In this document: one piece after another, positions 1 through 9,835 of the stretch | Position numbering within the stretch: the stretch's first letter is position 1 | Layout of the letters: every line of letters begins with the position of its first letter | Virus record (IMG/VR): IMGVR_UViG_3300047322_000607 | Coordinates: 4,620-68,619 of that record | DNA: 64,000 nt | Source: a virus | Strand: one strand, 5' to 3' | Translations under genes and position numbers: made by a program | Notes under the pieces: generated by a model | What the model was told of the DNA's origin: nothing | Database searches by the model: none | What the model saw: only the letters and a program-made list of their open reading frames with translations

Positions 1-293
1 AGGCGTTCGAGCTCCTCTCGCGCGGCGACAAGCCGATGCGCAACGGTAAACGCGACTGGCGCGGCTTCGACATCGCGACCCTTCGGGAATGCCAGGGCTT
101 CGAACGGGTCGAGCTCCCCCAATGGGTGCACGAGGCCGACAACGATCGGAAGGTGCGCGACGAAATGGCCGGCTACTACGCCGATCAGGACGCCGGCACC
201 CATGAAACCGAGTACACCCCGCCGGAGGGCGAACCGGAATACGGCCACCACCAGGCACACGCCGGCGAGGATGTTTCGGAGGTCCCCTTCTAA
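1..293 (+). CDS. 3' end of a hypothetical protein, truncated by the window edge
   Basis: Frame is open from position 3 to TAA at 291-293. Acidic C-terminus ends in ...SEVPF. Confidence 0.55.
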   Translation, partial: AFELLSRGDKPMRNGKRDWRGFDIATLRECQGFERVELPQWVHEADNDRKVRDEMAGYYADQDAGTHETEYTPPEGEPEYGHHQAHAGEDVSEVPF

Positions 294-295
294 TT

Positions 296-328
296 TTACT
301 TGCGCTCTTGCACCAACGCGCAGAAGGT
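296..328 (+). promoter_or_regulatory. Conserved phage promoter box, copy 1
   Basis: TTACTTGCGC-TCTT-GCACC-N8-GAAGGT, ending 7 nt before ATG 336. Confidence 0.65.
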
Positions 329-335
329 GGATCGC

Positions 336-1364
336 ATGAGACCGAACCTCAAGCTCTCCCGGGTGACCGCGAACGACCTCGACGGCGCCGGCGCTTTCGC
401 GATCGCGATGACCCGCATGCGCGACGAGCTATCGCAGCAGCTGCTCGGAAGCAAGACGGTGCGGCCGTTCCTTTTCGTGATCACCCCGGACGATGGCGCC
501 TATGGCGCGCCGGCCTGGACCGACCCGGGCCCCGGAGTGGTCCACATCGCGCGCGACACCCTGGTCGGGCTGCAGCGCGGCGACCTCTCGGCGATCGCGG
601 CGCTCGGTCACCAACTGATCCATGCGATCGGCGACGGTCCGGCCTTCCCGGACGTCGACGCGCAGTTCCTCGAGGAGGCGATCACCGAGACCCTGCTGCA
701 GGCCTTTCTCGCGGCCTTCGCCGAGGCCTTCGACGCGAACCTGCGCGAGGTCGCGGTGCTCGGTCCGCTGCTGCGGCCGCTCCCGGAGCTCGGCGACCTC
801 GAGGTCGCGCGGATCACTGCGACGTCGGTCAGTGTCGAGCGCTTCGCGCGGATCGCGGCGTGGGTCGGAGGCTTCGACGGCGAAGCGAGCGCCGACGAGC
901 TCGAGGAGATCGCGATCTGGTGGGCGCTGCGGCTGAAGGTGCTTCATGCGGCCGACCGCTTCGCGGCGCTCGCCGAGGCCGGCGCCTCGCAGAATACCCG
1001 GGTCCCGGAGGAGATCCCGGATGCGGCGCTCTGGCTCGAGAACTACCTCCGCGGCTACATGAAGACCCTAGAGCGGAGCCGGGTCGGCTTCGCCGGCCTG
1101 GAGTACGCCGGCGATCGGGCCTTCGGCGATGAATCGAAGCGACCGGTCCCCCAGGATCGGCCGGCGAGCTCGGCGGACCTGAAGTTGATCGAGAGCATCG
1201 AGGCGGTAACGCTGCGGCCGCTCCCACACCCGGGAGAGGTCAACGCGGCGCTGCAGGCGGCGGAGGCCTCGCCGGCGGTTGACGAAGCTGCGCACCGCTC
1301 GCTCGACGTCCGCATGCTGCTGTGGGCGGCCCGCACCATCGCGCAGCAACCGCAACACCAGTAG
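336..1364 (+). CDS. Zincin-like protein with a degenerate HQxxH motif
   Basis: GHQLIH...FLEEAITE resembles the gluzincin HExxH...EExxxE motif. ATG 336 chosen because it follows the promoter box. Confidence 0.6.
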   Translation: MRPNLKLSRVTANDLDGAGAFAIAMTRMRDELSQQLLGSKTVRPFLFVITPDDGAYGAPAWTDPGPGVVHIARDTLVGLQRGDLSAIAALGHQLIHAIGDGPAFPDVDAQFLEEAITETLLQAFLAAFAEAFDANLREVAVLGPLLRPLPELGDLEVARITATSVSVERFARIAAWVGGFDGEASADELEEIAIWWALRLKVLHAADRFAALAEAGASQNTRVPEEIPDAALWLENYLRGYMKTLERSRVGFAGLEYAGDRAFGDESKRPVPQDRPASSADLKLIESIEAVTLRPLPHPGEVNAALQAAEASPAVDEAAHRSLDVRMLLWAARTIAQQPQHQ

Positions 1365-1456
1365 CACCCGACACCACCAGGAACCGCTACCGGCAGGTCG
1401 CCGGGGGCGAAGCAGGAACGACCACGAGCCGCGGCGAGCGGACGAAAGGGATCCCC

Positions 1457-2383
1457 ATGTTCGACAAGCGCAATCAACCGATCTTCCGTACCGCCTACGC
1501 CTTCGCGGCCGCGATCGTCTCCTCGACCGTTTGCCCGATCGTCGCCGGCGATTGCGGCCTGTGGGAGAACGAAGGGGTCCCGACCTGGCGCTACGCCGAC
1601 GGCTCCGACGTCGTGCTCGGCGCGAAGGCCTCGACCGCGTTCTTCGTCGCGATCGCGAAGACCTCGGGTGCGCTCGCCGGCGCGCCGGTCTATGCCAATG
1701 GGACCGCGGGCGTCGGCGCGACCCTCACCAAGGGCACCAACGGCGCGATCGGCGCGATCGGCGGCATCACGCCGACGCTCGGTCAGATCGTGCTCGTCGA
1801 TCAGCAGGTCTCGACCTTTCAGAACGGCCTCTATTTCGTCTCCGACGTCGGCGTGAACGGCGGCGGCGGCCGCCCGTGGGTGCTGACCCGCGTCCCGGGA
1901 TTCGACGCGGTGATCGTCGACGGTGCGCAGGTCGCGGTACAGCAAGGCACCTTCGCCGATCAGATCTACGATCAGACCGCGACCGTCGTCACCATCGGGA
2001 CCGATGCGGTCGCCTTCGCGCTCGCGGCGACGGCGGTCTCGCTCGCCGCGGTGCAGGCGGCGCTCGCGACCCAGGGGGCGATCGCCGACCCGGGCAACGG
2101 CGGCGCAATCCCGGTCACCAATTCGGGCGTTTGCAACCTCACCAGCGCCGGCGCCGAGACCCGGACCGTCGCGATCCCGGCTTTCGACAACGAGGATCTG
2201 ACGATCTGCTTCGACACCAAGGTCGGCAACATCGTGATCACCGTCGCGTCGGCCTTCGACACCACCCCGCACACGATCATCACCATGAGCGCGGCCGGTC
2301 AGTACGTCGTGCTGAAGGCCTGCAGGATCGCCGGCGTCAAGGCCTGGCGCCTGGTGGTGAACGGCGGGACGGCGCTCTCCTAG
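1457..2383 (+). CDS. Virion structural, decoration or fibre-like protein
   Basis: AAAGGGA RBS. Gly/Thr/Ala-rich. VLVDQQ..QNGLY..PWVLTR..VAVQQGT segment is typical of phage fibre or decoration domains. Confidence 0.6.
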   Translation: MFDKRNQPIFRTAYAFAAAIVSSTVCPIVAGDCGLWENEGVPTWRYADGSDVVLGAKASTAFFVAIAKTSGALAGAPVYANGTAGVGATLTKGTNGAIGAIGGITPTLGQIVLVDQQVSTFQNGLYFVSDVGVNGGGGRPWVLTRVPGFDAVIVDGAQVAVQQGTFADQIYDQTATVVTIGTDAVAFALAATAVSLAAVQAALATQGAIADPGNGGAIPVTNSGVCNLTSAGAETRTVAIPAFDNEDLTICFDTKVGNIVITVASAFDTTPHTIITMSAAGQYVVLKACRIAGVKAWRLVVNGGTALS

Positions 2384-2386
2384 CCG

Positions 2387-4681
2387 ATGGTCCGCCGGGA
2401 ATTCGCGGGGCTGCCGGTCGTGGTCGAGAACCCGGCCGGCAGCATCCGCCAATGGCACGATCGCGACGGGCGCGAAAGCGGCTCGGTCGAGATGCGCCAC
2501 GACTATGGCTTCCTCGAGGGGCACACCGGCGCCGACGGCGAGGAGGTCGATTGCTACCTCGGGCCCGACGAGACCGCGAAATTCGCCCACGTTGTGCACC
2601 AGCTCGCCGCGCCGGACTTCAAGCGCTTTGACGAGGATAAGGTGATGCTCGGCTTCGCCGACGAGCAGAGCGCGAAAGCGGCCTATCTGGCGCACCGCAA
2701 CGACGGCGATCGGGCCTACGGCGGCATGAGCACGATCCCGCTCGAGGCCTTCACGAAGAAGCTTCGCCGGCGAACCGGCGAGGGCAAGATCCGACACGAG
2801 AGGGACCAACCCATGCCGACCCCGTCGCTCTTCCGGATCGAGCATCGCGGATCGAAGTGGGTCGTCCTTCCCGAGACCGGCGACCGGGTGCTCGGCGAGC
2901 ACGACACCGAAGAGGACGCGCAGAAGCAGCTCGCCGCGATCGAGGCCAGCAAGGCGAAGGCGGCGGAGCACGCCGCGGCTTTCGAGTGGGGCCCGACCGT
3001 TCTCTTCGAAGTCTCGCGCGGCTCGGATCAACGGGTGCGATCCGGCGTGTGGGATTTCCTTTGCGTCGAGGGCGCCGACTTCAAAGACAAGCAGTGGACG
3101 GAATTCTCGCCGGAGACCCTCGGCGAGATGATCCGCAACGCGGCGACGCGCGGCGACCCGATCCCCTACGACTGGAATCACCAGACCGCCTATAGCGCGA
3201 TGAACGGGAAGCCGGCGCCGGCGCTGGCCTACGCTGGCGCCTGGGCGTGCGTGTGGGATGGGAAGATCGTCGAGCAGGGAACGGCGCGGGGCGTCAAGGT
3301 CGCTTCGTATGAAGGGCTCGACCTCTCGCGCAACGGGCTGTGGATCTACCGGAGCGAAGTGACCGACGGGAGCGCCGACTACCCGCTCGGTCAGCAGCTG
3401 CTACCCGGCTACAAGCTGCTTTCGCCGATGTTCGTCCGCAACGGGACGGACCGCACCGGGAACCCGGTCGGCTACTCGCTGATCGCCATCGGCTGCACCA
3501 ACTCGCCCCACCAGGGCGGCACGGAATTGAACCTCGAGCGGGGGGGCGAGCCTCGCCCCGCTGCTGTACCTCCCCCAGCGATTTCACCGGCGCCGCGGGC
3601 GCCTTCACCCTCGACCACGGAGAACAAAATGAACCCGAAGATGCTCGCGGCTGCGAAGTTCGTCGGACTGGACGAGAAGGCGACCCCGGCCGAGATCCGG
3701 AAGGCCTTCAAGGCTCGCGCGGTGCAGGGCGCGATCCTGATGGACGTCGGCGCCTCGGCGATGGAAGCCGGCGACAGCGACGTGAAGCCCTTCGACTACG
3801 AGGGCATGGCGGCGAAGATGGAAGACGCGGCCAAGGTGTACGAGGACGCCCACTTCGAGCCGGACGCCGACGACAAGGGCGACGAGCACGTCAAGATGCG
3901 CGCCATGGCGGCGAAGTTCCGCCGCATGGCCAAGATGGCGGCCCCGGCGGTCAAGCCGGAGGGCGACGGCGAGATCGCTTCGATGGAAGCGGCGAAGGCC
4001 GACGAGAAGGCGACCAAGGAGATGGCCACCTTCGCCCGCTCGGTCGGGATCGACCCGGGCAACATGAGCCGCGCGCAGATGTTCGACGCGGTGCGCGCGA
4101 GTCACGTCCCGGTCGCGCGGATCCCGGAGCTCGTCGCCGAGACCGTGACCAAGCAGCTCGCCGCGGAGCGCGAGAAGGAGAGCGCGGCCGCGCGCAAGCA
4201 GGCCGGCGCGATCCTGATGTCGTCCGTCCGCAAGGACTACCCGGGCGACCGGGAAGCGCTGGCGCGCGAAGCGGAGCGCGACCCGGCCAACGCGGCGAAG
4301 CTCGCCGGCCCGTGGCTCGAGAAGACCGCCCCGGCGCACCTCTTCGAGCGCATGAGCTCGCAGGGCGGCGCGGTCGGCGGCGGCGAGGGCGGCAACGCCC
4401 GAAGCTTCGACCAGGTCCCGAAGATCCAGGTCCGCAAGACCCAGGCGGCGACCTTCATCGCGGCCGACGCCGCGATCGCCGACAAGGCGAAGGAGCTCGC
4501 GACCAGCAAGGATCCGGTGATCATGTCCCGGCTCGACGCGATGCTCCCCACCAAGAGCGATCGCACCAACCCGGCGATGCGCCTCCTGAAGGCGCAGCAG
4601 CTCGCCGCCGAGATGCACCCCGACCTCGCCGCGGCCGCCGAGGATGGCGAGCTCGCGATCTCCATGGGGCGCGGCATCTAG
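2387..4681 (+). CDS. InPase-domain / Mu gpI-like prohead protease / scaffold fusion
   Basis: N-terminal ENPAGSIR..HDYGFL..GADGEEVDCYLGP..FDEDKVMLGF (InPase-like). Central IPYDWNHQT..NGKPAPA (Mu I protease-like). Helical Ala/Lys/Glu-rich C-terminus with internal GGAG + ATG 3629. Lies upstream of the capsid genes. Confidence 0.8.
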   Translation: MVRREFAGLPVVVENPAGSIRQWHDRDGRESGSVEMRHDYGFLEGHTGADGEEVDCYLGPDETAKFAHVVHQLAAPDFKRFDEDKVMLGFADEQSAKAAYLAHRNDGDRAYGGMSTIPLEAFTKKLRRRTGEGKIRHERDQPMPTPSLFRIEHRGSKWVVLPETGDRVLGEHDTEEDAQKQLAAIEASKAKAAEHAAAFEWGPTVLFEVSRGSDQRVRSGVWDFLCVEGADFKDKQWTEFSPETLGEMIRNAATRGDPIPYDWNHQTAYSAMNGKPAPALAYAGAWACVWDGKIVEQGTARGVKVASYEGLDLSRNGLWIYRSEVTDGSADYPLGQQLLPGYKLLSPMFVRNGTDRTGNPVGYSLIAIGCTNSPHQGGTELNLERGGEPRPAAVPPPAISPAPRAPSPSTTENKMNPKMLAAAKFVGLDEKATPAEIRKAFKARAVQGAILMDVGASAMEAGDSDVKPFDYEGMAAKMEDAAKVYEDAHFEPDADDKGDEHVKMRAMAAKFRRMAKMAAPAVKPEGDGEIASMEAAKADEKATKEMATFARSVGIDPGNMSRAQMFDAVRASHVPVARIPELVAETVTKQLAAEREKESAAARKQAGAILMSSVRKDYPGDREALAREAERDPANAAKLAGPWLEKTAPAHLFERMSSQGGAVGGGEGGNARSFDQVPKIQVRKTQAATFIAADAAIADKAKELATSKDPVIMSRLDAMLPTKSDRTNPAMRLLKAQQLAAEMHPDLAAAAEDGELAISMGRGI

Positions 4682-4781
4682 CACCCGCGCCTCGCCGGAC
4701 CGCAACACCACCAGCACCCCCGACCACCCGAACGCATTCGATCGGCACCGATGAAGATCGGACGCCGGCAAAGGAGATCTC

Positions 4782-5231
4782 ATGGCCATCGGACTTTTCC
4801 CCTTCTACGATCGCGTCACCCGTTCCAAGGCGCGAAACATCAAGACCGGCACCGCGCAGGGGCGCGGCGCGGTGATGATGATCGACGGGACCGACCCGGC
4901 GGACTGCAAGCAGTCGACCGGCGCCGGCGTGACCGGCCTGCTCGGCGTGGTCGCCGACGCGCAGGGCGACCCGAACAACTCCGGGATCTTCCCGAACGGC
5001 TCGATCGTCAACGTCGCCGAGGAAGGGACCGTTCCGGTGCTCTTCGACGCTGCGACCGTGATCACCCGCGGCGCGACGATCATTTCCGGCGCCACCGCCG
5101 GGACCGCGAAGGTGCTCGCCGCCGAGGGCAAGCCCTACGACGTGATCGGCTACGCCGAAGAGGCGAAGACGATCGGCGGCTCGCCCGACACCGCGGCCGT
5201 GCGCCTGAGCCTGCACCGCGTCGAGGCGTAG
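4782..5231 (+). CDS. Capsid cement/decoration protein (DUF2190-like)
   Basis: AAGGAG RBS. 149 aa, beta-rich, between scaffold and capsid genes. Confidence 0.65.
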   Translation: MAIGLFPFYDRVTRSKARNIKTGTAQGRGAVMMIDGTDPADCKQSTGAGVTGLLGVVADAQGDPNNSGIFPNGSIVNVAEEGTVPVLFDAATVITRGATIISGATAGTAKVLAAEGKPYDVIGYAEEAKTIGGSPDTAAVRLSLHRVEA

Positions 5232-5320
5232 CAGCTCGAGCAGCACCCGAAGAGACCCATCACCGGATCCACACCGACGGCCCGCAATAGGGGTTTGCGC
5301 CCCGAAAGGAATGTTCCACT

Positions 5321-6340
5321 ATGCCGCCTCTCTACCACGTCAAGCGCCGCCTCTCCGACGTTTCGACCGCGTTCCCCGCCGAGTTCGACCCGATCGGCCC
5401 GTGGTTCTTCGAAGAGAAGGCCACCGACTTCTTGTCCGATCAGTTCGCCCAGCACAGCAAGGCGAACGAGCTCGGGCTGCACGACGCGACCCCGGTCGGC
5501 GACGATGATCTGCCGCAGGAAGTGCAGGTCGTGTACGACGCGGATCAGAGCTTCACGATCCCGGTGTACGCGCTGAGCTCGCCGGGCAAGTGGCAGACCA
5601 GCAAGAACAGCGACCCCTCGCTGACCTACGAGCAGGAGCGGACCCTCGTTCTCACCTCGGCGATGCGCGTGCTCCTCGAGTACATCCGGGTGAACAAGCG
5701 CCTCCGCGACACCACCAAGATGACCACGAACAAGACCCTTCTCGCCGCCGAGCGCTTCGACAACTTCGGCAGCGGGCAGTCGCTCCCGGTGACCCTGCTG
5801 CAGAACTACGCCGACGGGATCGCCGACAACAATCAGGGGCGCCGGCCCAACCGGGCGGCGTGCGCGATCCAGACGGTGCGCGCGATCGCCGAGTCGGAGC
5901 AGTTCACCGACCTGGTCAAGCGGAACGTGATCGTCGACGCGGCCGACATCATGAAGCAACCGAACGGTCAGGTCCGCCTGATCGAGCAGCTGATCGGCCT
6001 CGCCCCGGGATGCCTCCGGGTGCACGATGCCACCTACAACGCCGGGACCCTGCTCGCCCCCAGCTACAAGAAGTTCATCGGGTCGGATTTCGTGATGGGC
6101 TACGTCGAGCCGCTCGGGATCCGCTCCTGGACGATGTCGGTCGGCTGGAAGTGGACGGGCGTCGGCGGCGACGAGAGCGCGATCGTCTCGGTCCCGCAGT
6201 TCACCCGCGGCTCGCTCCCGGTCGACGAGCTCCGGATCATCGCCCCGACCGAGCCGCAGATCATCAAGCCGGAGCTCGGCGTGCTGATCAAGGGCTGTGT
6301 CGACGTGAACAACGCCCAGTACGGCGGGAAGCTCGACTAA
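5321..6340 (+). CDS. Major capsid protein
   Basis: 339 aa, position after protease and cement genes, AAAGGA RBS, strong codon bias. Confidence 0.75.
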   Translation: MPPLYHVKRRLSDVSTAFPAEFDPIGPWFFEEKATDFLSDQFAQHSKANELGLHDATPVGDDDLPQEVQVVYDADQSFTIPVYALSSPGKWQTSKNSDPSLTYEQERTLVLTSAMRVLLEYIRVNKRLRDTTKMTTNKTLLAAERFDNFGSGQSLPVTLLQNYADGIADNNQGRRPNRAACAIQTVRAIAESEQFTDLVKRNVIVDAADIMKQPNGQVRLIEQLIGLAPGCLRVHDATYNAGTLLAPSYKKFIGSDFVMGYVEPLGIRSWTMSVGWKWTGVGGDESAIVSVPQFTRGSLPVDELRIIAPTEPQIIKPELGVLIKGCVDVNNAQYGGKLD

Positions 6341-6400
6341 CCTCGAGCCCCCGCTTCACCCCCGACGCTTCGAAAATCTCTCTCCCAGGAGAAAACCACC

Positions 6401-6730
6401 ATGGCCGAGACTCGCCCCGTCAAAGACTACAGCACGACCAAAAACACCGTGATCCGGGTCGTTCGTCCCCGGAATCACCTCGGCGAATCGTTCGCCGGCG
6501 ATCGAGTGAAGCTCGATCGCTCGGAGCTCGATCACCCGGCGGTCGCGGCCGCGCTGTGGACCGAAGAAGAGGAGAGGGCGGCCTTCGAAGAGCTCGAGAA
6601 GCGTCGGGCGGCGATGTTCCGCGAGCAGGTCTCGCCGATCTCGCGCACGGCCGATCGCCAGCTGGCCCAGGCGGTCGCCGCGCGCAAGGATCGGGACGAG
6701 AAGGAGCGCAAAACCGCGCCGGAGGGCTAG
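6401..6730 (+). CDS. Hypothetical head-associated protein
   Basis: AGGAG RBS and synteny. Confidence 0.6.
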   Translation: MAETRPVKDYSTTKNTVIRVVRPRNHLGESFAGDRVKLDRSELDHPAVAAALWTEEEERAAFEELEKRRAAMFREQVSPISRTADRQLAQAVAARKDRDEKERKTAPEG

Positions 6731-6733
6731 CCG

Positions 6734-7216
6734 ATGGCGTGGGAAGCGACGCAGGTTGATCTCGAGGAAGCGGTCGGCGGCGCGAAGCGCCTCCTTCAGC
6801 TCGCCGATTTCGACCGGACCGGCAGCATCAACGATGCTGGGGTGCAGGCTCGGATCGCTTTGTGGCTGAGCATCGGCGCGGGAGTCGTGCGCCGGCGCTC
6901 GGCTGTGAAGCACGATCCGGAGGTGCTCGCCAACCTCGACGCCGAGAGCGCGCGCAGTCTCACCGAGGCGAACGCGGCGATCTCGGGTCGCGTCGCCTAC
7001 CAGAAGGGAAGCTCCGGCCTGGCGATGCCGGAGAAGCTCGGCGACTCGGCGAAGCAGGCCGACGAGTTTCTCGCACGCCTCGCCGAGGGGAAAGAGACCC
7101 TCGGAAGAGCGGCCAACGGCTACCGGGCGGCGATCAATCAACCGACCGGGGTCGTTGACTACGATCCCCAGGGTCGCGCGGTGAGCATTACCGGCCTGAA
7201 GGGCGGCTTCCGGTAG
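6734..7216 (+). CDS. Head-tail adaptor (Mu gp36-like)
   Basis: LLQLADFDRTG and FLARLAEGKETLG motifs, plus synteny. Confidence 0.7.
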   Translation: MAWEATQVDLEEAVGGAKRLLQLADFDRTGSINDAGVQARIALWLSIGAGVVRRRSAVKHDPEVLANLDAESARSLTEANAAISGRVAYQKGSSGLAMPEKLGDSAKQADEFLARLAEGKETLGRAANGYRAAINQPTGVVDYDPQGRAVSITGLKGGFR

Positions 7217-7217
7217 G

Positions 7218-7946
7218 ATGTTCTCCGTCGTCTGCAACATCGACGGCCTGGTGCGGAAGTTCGACACCCTCGCCGACTCGGCGGCCGACCTCGAGCGACC
7301 GCTGCGGATGTTTGGGAGCTACCTACGGAAGAAAGCGCTCGCGCGGTACAAGGCGCAAGACTTCCCAGGGCTGGCCACCTCGACGATCGAGAAGCGCGCG
7401 CAAAAGGGACTTCGGACCCTCGAGCGCAAGCTGAATCGCGATCTTCGGAAGGCGATCGGCCGGGCGCGGGTCGAGGACGCCCCGAAGGGGATCCTCGGTC
7501 GCCTCTTCGGGCGGAACATCCCCGATCCCGGCGCGCTCGAGACGCGCGGCGTGAAGAGCCGGATCGCCGTGCTCGCCGAGTTCCAAAAGCGCCACCGACC
7601 GCAGGGCGAGCTCGCCGCGCGAACCGGCCTCAAGCCGCTTTCGATCAAGCAACTGGCGAGCCTCGGGAACCGGGAAGATCGGGCAGTAGCGAAGGCGGTC
7701 GGCGGGCCCATTCTCGGGAGGTTGCCGCAGTCGCTGGTCGTCACGGTCGGCGAAGGGTCGGTCACCCTCGAGAGCCGGACCCACGAGAAGTGGACCGAGG
7801 CCCACAACAAGGGCGGCGCGGTCGGACATGGCGCGGTGCTACCGAAACGAGAGACGGTGAAGGTCGACGCGACCGACCTCGACGTGCTCGGCGAGATCCT
7901 GGTCGAGCATCACCTGTTGCTCGCCTTCACCCCCGAGGCAGCCTAG
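7218..7946 (+). CDS. Virion morphogenesis / tail completion protein (Mu gpG-like)
   Basis: Basic protein with LATSTIEKR and EAHNKGG..VLPKRE motifs. Confidence 0.7.
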   Translation: MFSVVCNIDGLVRKFDTLADSAADLERPLRMFGSYLRKKALARYKAQDFPGLATSTIEKRAQKGLRTLERKLNRDLRKAIGRARVEDAPKGILGRLFGRNIPDPGALETRGVKSRIAVLAEFQKRHRPQGELAARTGLKPLSIKQLASLGNREDRAVAKAVGGPILGRLPQSLVVTVGEGSVTLESRTHEKWTEAHNKGGAVGHGAVLPKRETVKVDATDLDVLGEILVEHHLLLAFTPEAA

Positions 7947-9494
7947 ATGGACATCCGCACCGCGCAGACGGATCTCGAGAATGCGCTGCGCGATGCGATC
8001 CTGTACGCGCTGGCGATCCGGATCCCGCCGGTCGCCTCGGCGGCCGCGCTGCGGGCGTCGCCGACGCGCGGCGCCGGCTCGAGCACCCGCTCGGATGATG
8101 ATCTGATCCAGATCATCCCAGGTCAGAACCTCGCCGCGGGCGATTCCTACCGATGGAGCGCGGTTTCGATCGCGGCCGACGATGGGCTGAACGTGATCAA
8201 GCCGGACGACGTCACCGGCAACGGGCGATGGCTGCTGTGGACCTCGCCGCTCCGGTTCGTTCCGGTCACCGGTGGGGATTCGTTCTACCTGCACGAGCTC
8301 GGATCGGGCCCGCTGGCCCGGGTCGAGATCCTCGACAAGAACTTCACCGACGAAGAGGTTCTAGCGCTGCTGACCGGGCAGGTCCCGGCGGTGATCATCG
8401 AGGCGACCGACGACGATCCGCAGGATGCGACCGAAAACGTCGGGATGCAGTGGCTCACGGCGTACCACTTCACCATTTCCGTGATCACCGAAAACTTGCG
8501 CGACCGGCGGCAAGCCGCACAGGGCGCCGAGGCCGACGGCGATCCCGACCCGCTCGGCGCGAACACGATCGACGGGATGATCAAGAGCCTGCTCGCCGGC
8601 TCGAGGCTGCACGCGGTGATCGGCGGCGTGCGCGCGGTGCGCCTGGGGCGCGGCCGCAATTCGATTTCCGACCTGGTCGAAAGGCGGGTCGTGCGCTCGC
8701 GCGAGTACACGATCCAGGTCACCGAAGACAACCCTTCGGCGCCGAACGACACCGGGCGGGCCCAACAGGGCGACTATCAACCGCAGATGACCGATCTCCA
8801 CGATCAAAAGCTCTTCGACCCGCTGAACTTCATCGCCGCGGGTCTGAACGTGGGTCTCGGCGCCGGCCTGGTGAAGACGGTTGTCGGCGGCTCGGCGTGG
8901 GTGAACGGCTCGCTCGTGAATTTCACGGTCGCGCTTCACACCTTCGGGGCGAACCTCGACACCTACCGGGATCTGAACCCGGACGGGACGATGACCTTCG
9001 TCCCGGTCGAGCTCGGCGACACCCCGCCACCGGTGACGGTCGGGGCGCTCCGGATCGGCGTGACAACGACCGACGGGAGTAGCGTCCGCAGCGATCGCTA
9101 CATCGCGACCACCAAGGAGAACTACGGGCCGGAGATCGTCGCCTTCACCGGCGGCGACCCGGACAACCGGGTCTATTGGGGGGTCCACACCGACCCGGGT
9201 GTGTACGATCAGACCTTCGTCGAGGTCACGATCGGCGGCCAGGGGTCGGCGGTCGCGACGTCGCGCCAGCGAACGGAATCGCTGAACGGGACGGCCGGCC
9301 TCTTTGATTGGTACTGGATCCCGACCTCCTTCGGGGGGAGCTCGGCGAACTTCGTCGACGAAAACGGGAACCCTCTCGACATGATCATCGCCGGAACGGT
9401 GTCGCGCGTGGAAGCAGGCGGCGCGACGGTTTCCTACACCGGCTGGCGTTCAACTCAATCCGGCCTCGGCGCCCATTCGATGGTCGTCACCTAG
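7947..9494 (+). CDS. Tail terminator (Mu gp37-like) with extra domains
   Basis: PAVIIE..FTISVITENLRDRRQA core, located upstream of the sheath. Unusually long at 515 aa. Confidence 0.6.
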   Translation: MDIRTAQTDLENALRDAILYALAIRIPPVASAAALRASPTRGAGSSTRSDDDLIQIIPGQNLAAGDSYRWSAVSIAADDGLNVIKPDDVTGNGRWLLWTSPLRFVPVTGGDSFYLHELGSGPLARVEILDKNFTDEEVLALLTGQVPAVIIEATDDDPQDATENVGMQWLTAYHFTISVITENLRDRRQAAQGAEADGDPDPLGANTIDGMIKSLLAGSRLHAVIGGVRAVRLGRGRNSISDLVERRVVRSREYTIQVTEDNPSAPNDTGRAQQGDYQPQMTDLHDQKLFDPLNFIAAGLNVGLGAGLVKTVVGGSAWVNGSLVNFTVALHTFGANLDTYRDLNPDGTMTFVPVELGDTPPPVTVGALRIGVTTTDGSSVRSDRYIATTKENYGPEIVAFTGGDPDNRVYWGVHTDPGVYDQTFVEVTIGGQGSAVATSRQRTESLNGTAGLFDWYWIPTSFGGSSANFVDENGNPLDMIIAGTVSRVEAGGATVSYTGWRSTQSGLGAHSMVVT

Positions 9495-9502
9495 GAGCAA
9501 CC

Positions 9503-9832
9503 ATGATCGGACTTCCGGCAGCTGGCGAAAAAGTGAAGGTGCACGCGATCCCCGGCCGGCGGGTGATGGTTCAAGGTCGTTGGCTCGAGATCGACGGCGA
9601 GCACGACAAGGACGGTCGAGAGGTCGTGTGGTCGCCGGAGCTCCTCGAGCAGTACCGCGCCGGCGACTTCCTGCTGCACACCGCGACGGTCGACCCGGCG
9701 GCGGCGGAAGCGGGCGCCAAAGCGGCGGCCGCCGATCAGGAAGAGGCGGCGGCGAAGGCGAAGCTCGAGGCGAAGGCCACCACCCCGAAGCCGGCCAAGC
9801 CGGCACCCACCCCCGACGCGGCCAAGGTGTAG
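9503..9832 (+). CDS. Mu gp38 / DUF2635-like small protein
   Basis: AGGAG RBS. VKVHAIPGRRV..GREVVW..YRAGD. Directly precedes the sheath gene. Confidence 0.65.
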   Translation: MIGLPAAGEKVKVHAIPGRRVMVQGRWLEIDGEHDKDGREVVWSPELLEQYRAGDFLLHTATVDPAAAEAGAKAAAADQEEAAAKAKLEAKATTPKPAKPAPTPDAAKV

Positions 9833-9835
9833 ATC

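Noticed and set aside
1-293. SSB, suggested by the acidic ...VPF tail
   Set aside because: No OB-fold sequence is visible and the gene is truncated by the window edge.
1055-3181. Long - strand and alternate-frame ORFs (e.g. 1055-3181, 12884-14956, 17880-19940, 29927-31690)
   Set aside because: Arg/Pro/Gly-rich shadow ORFs of real genes, expected at this GC content.
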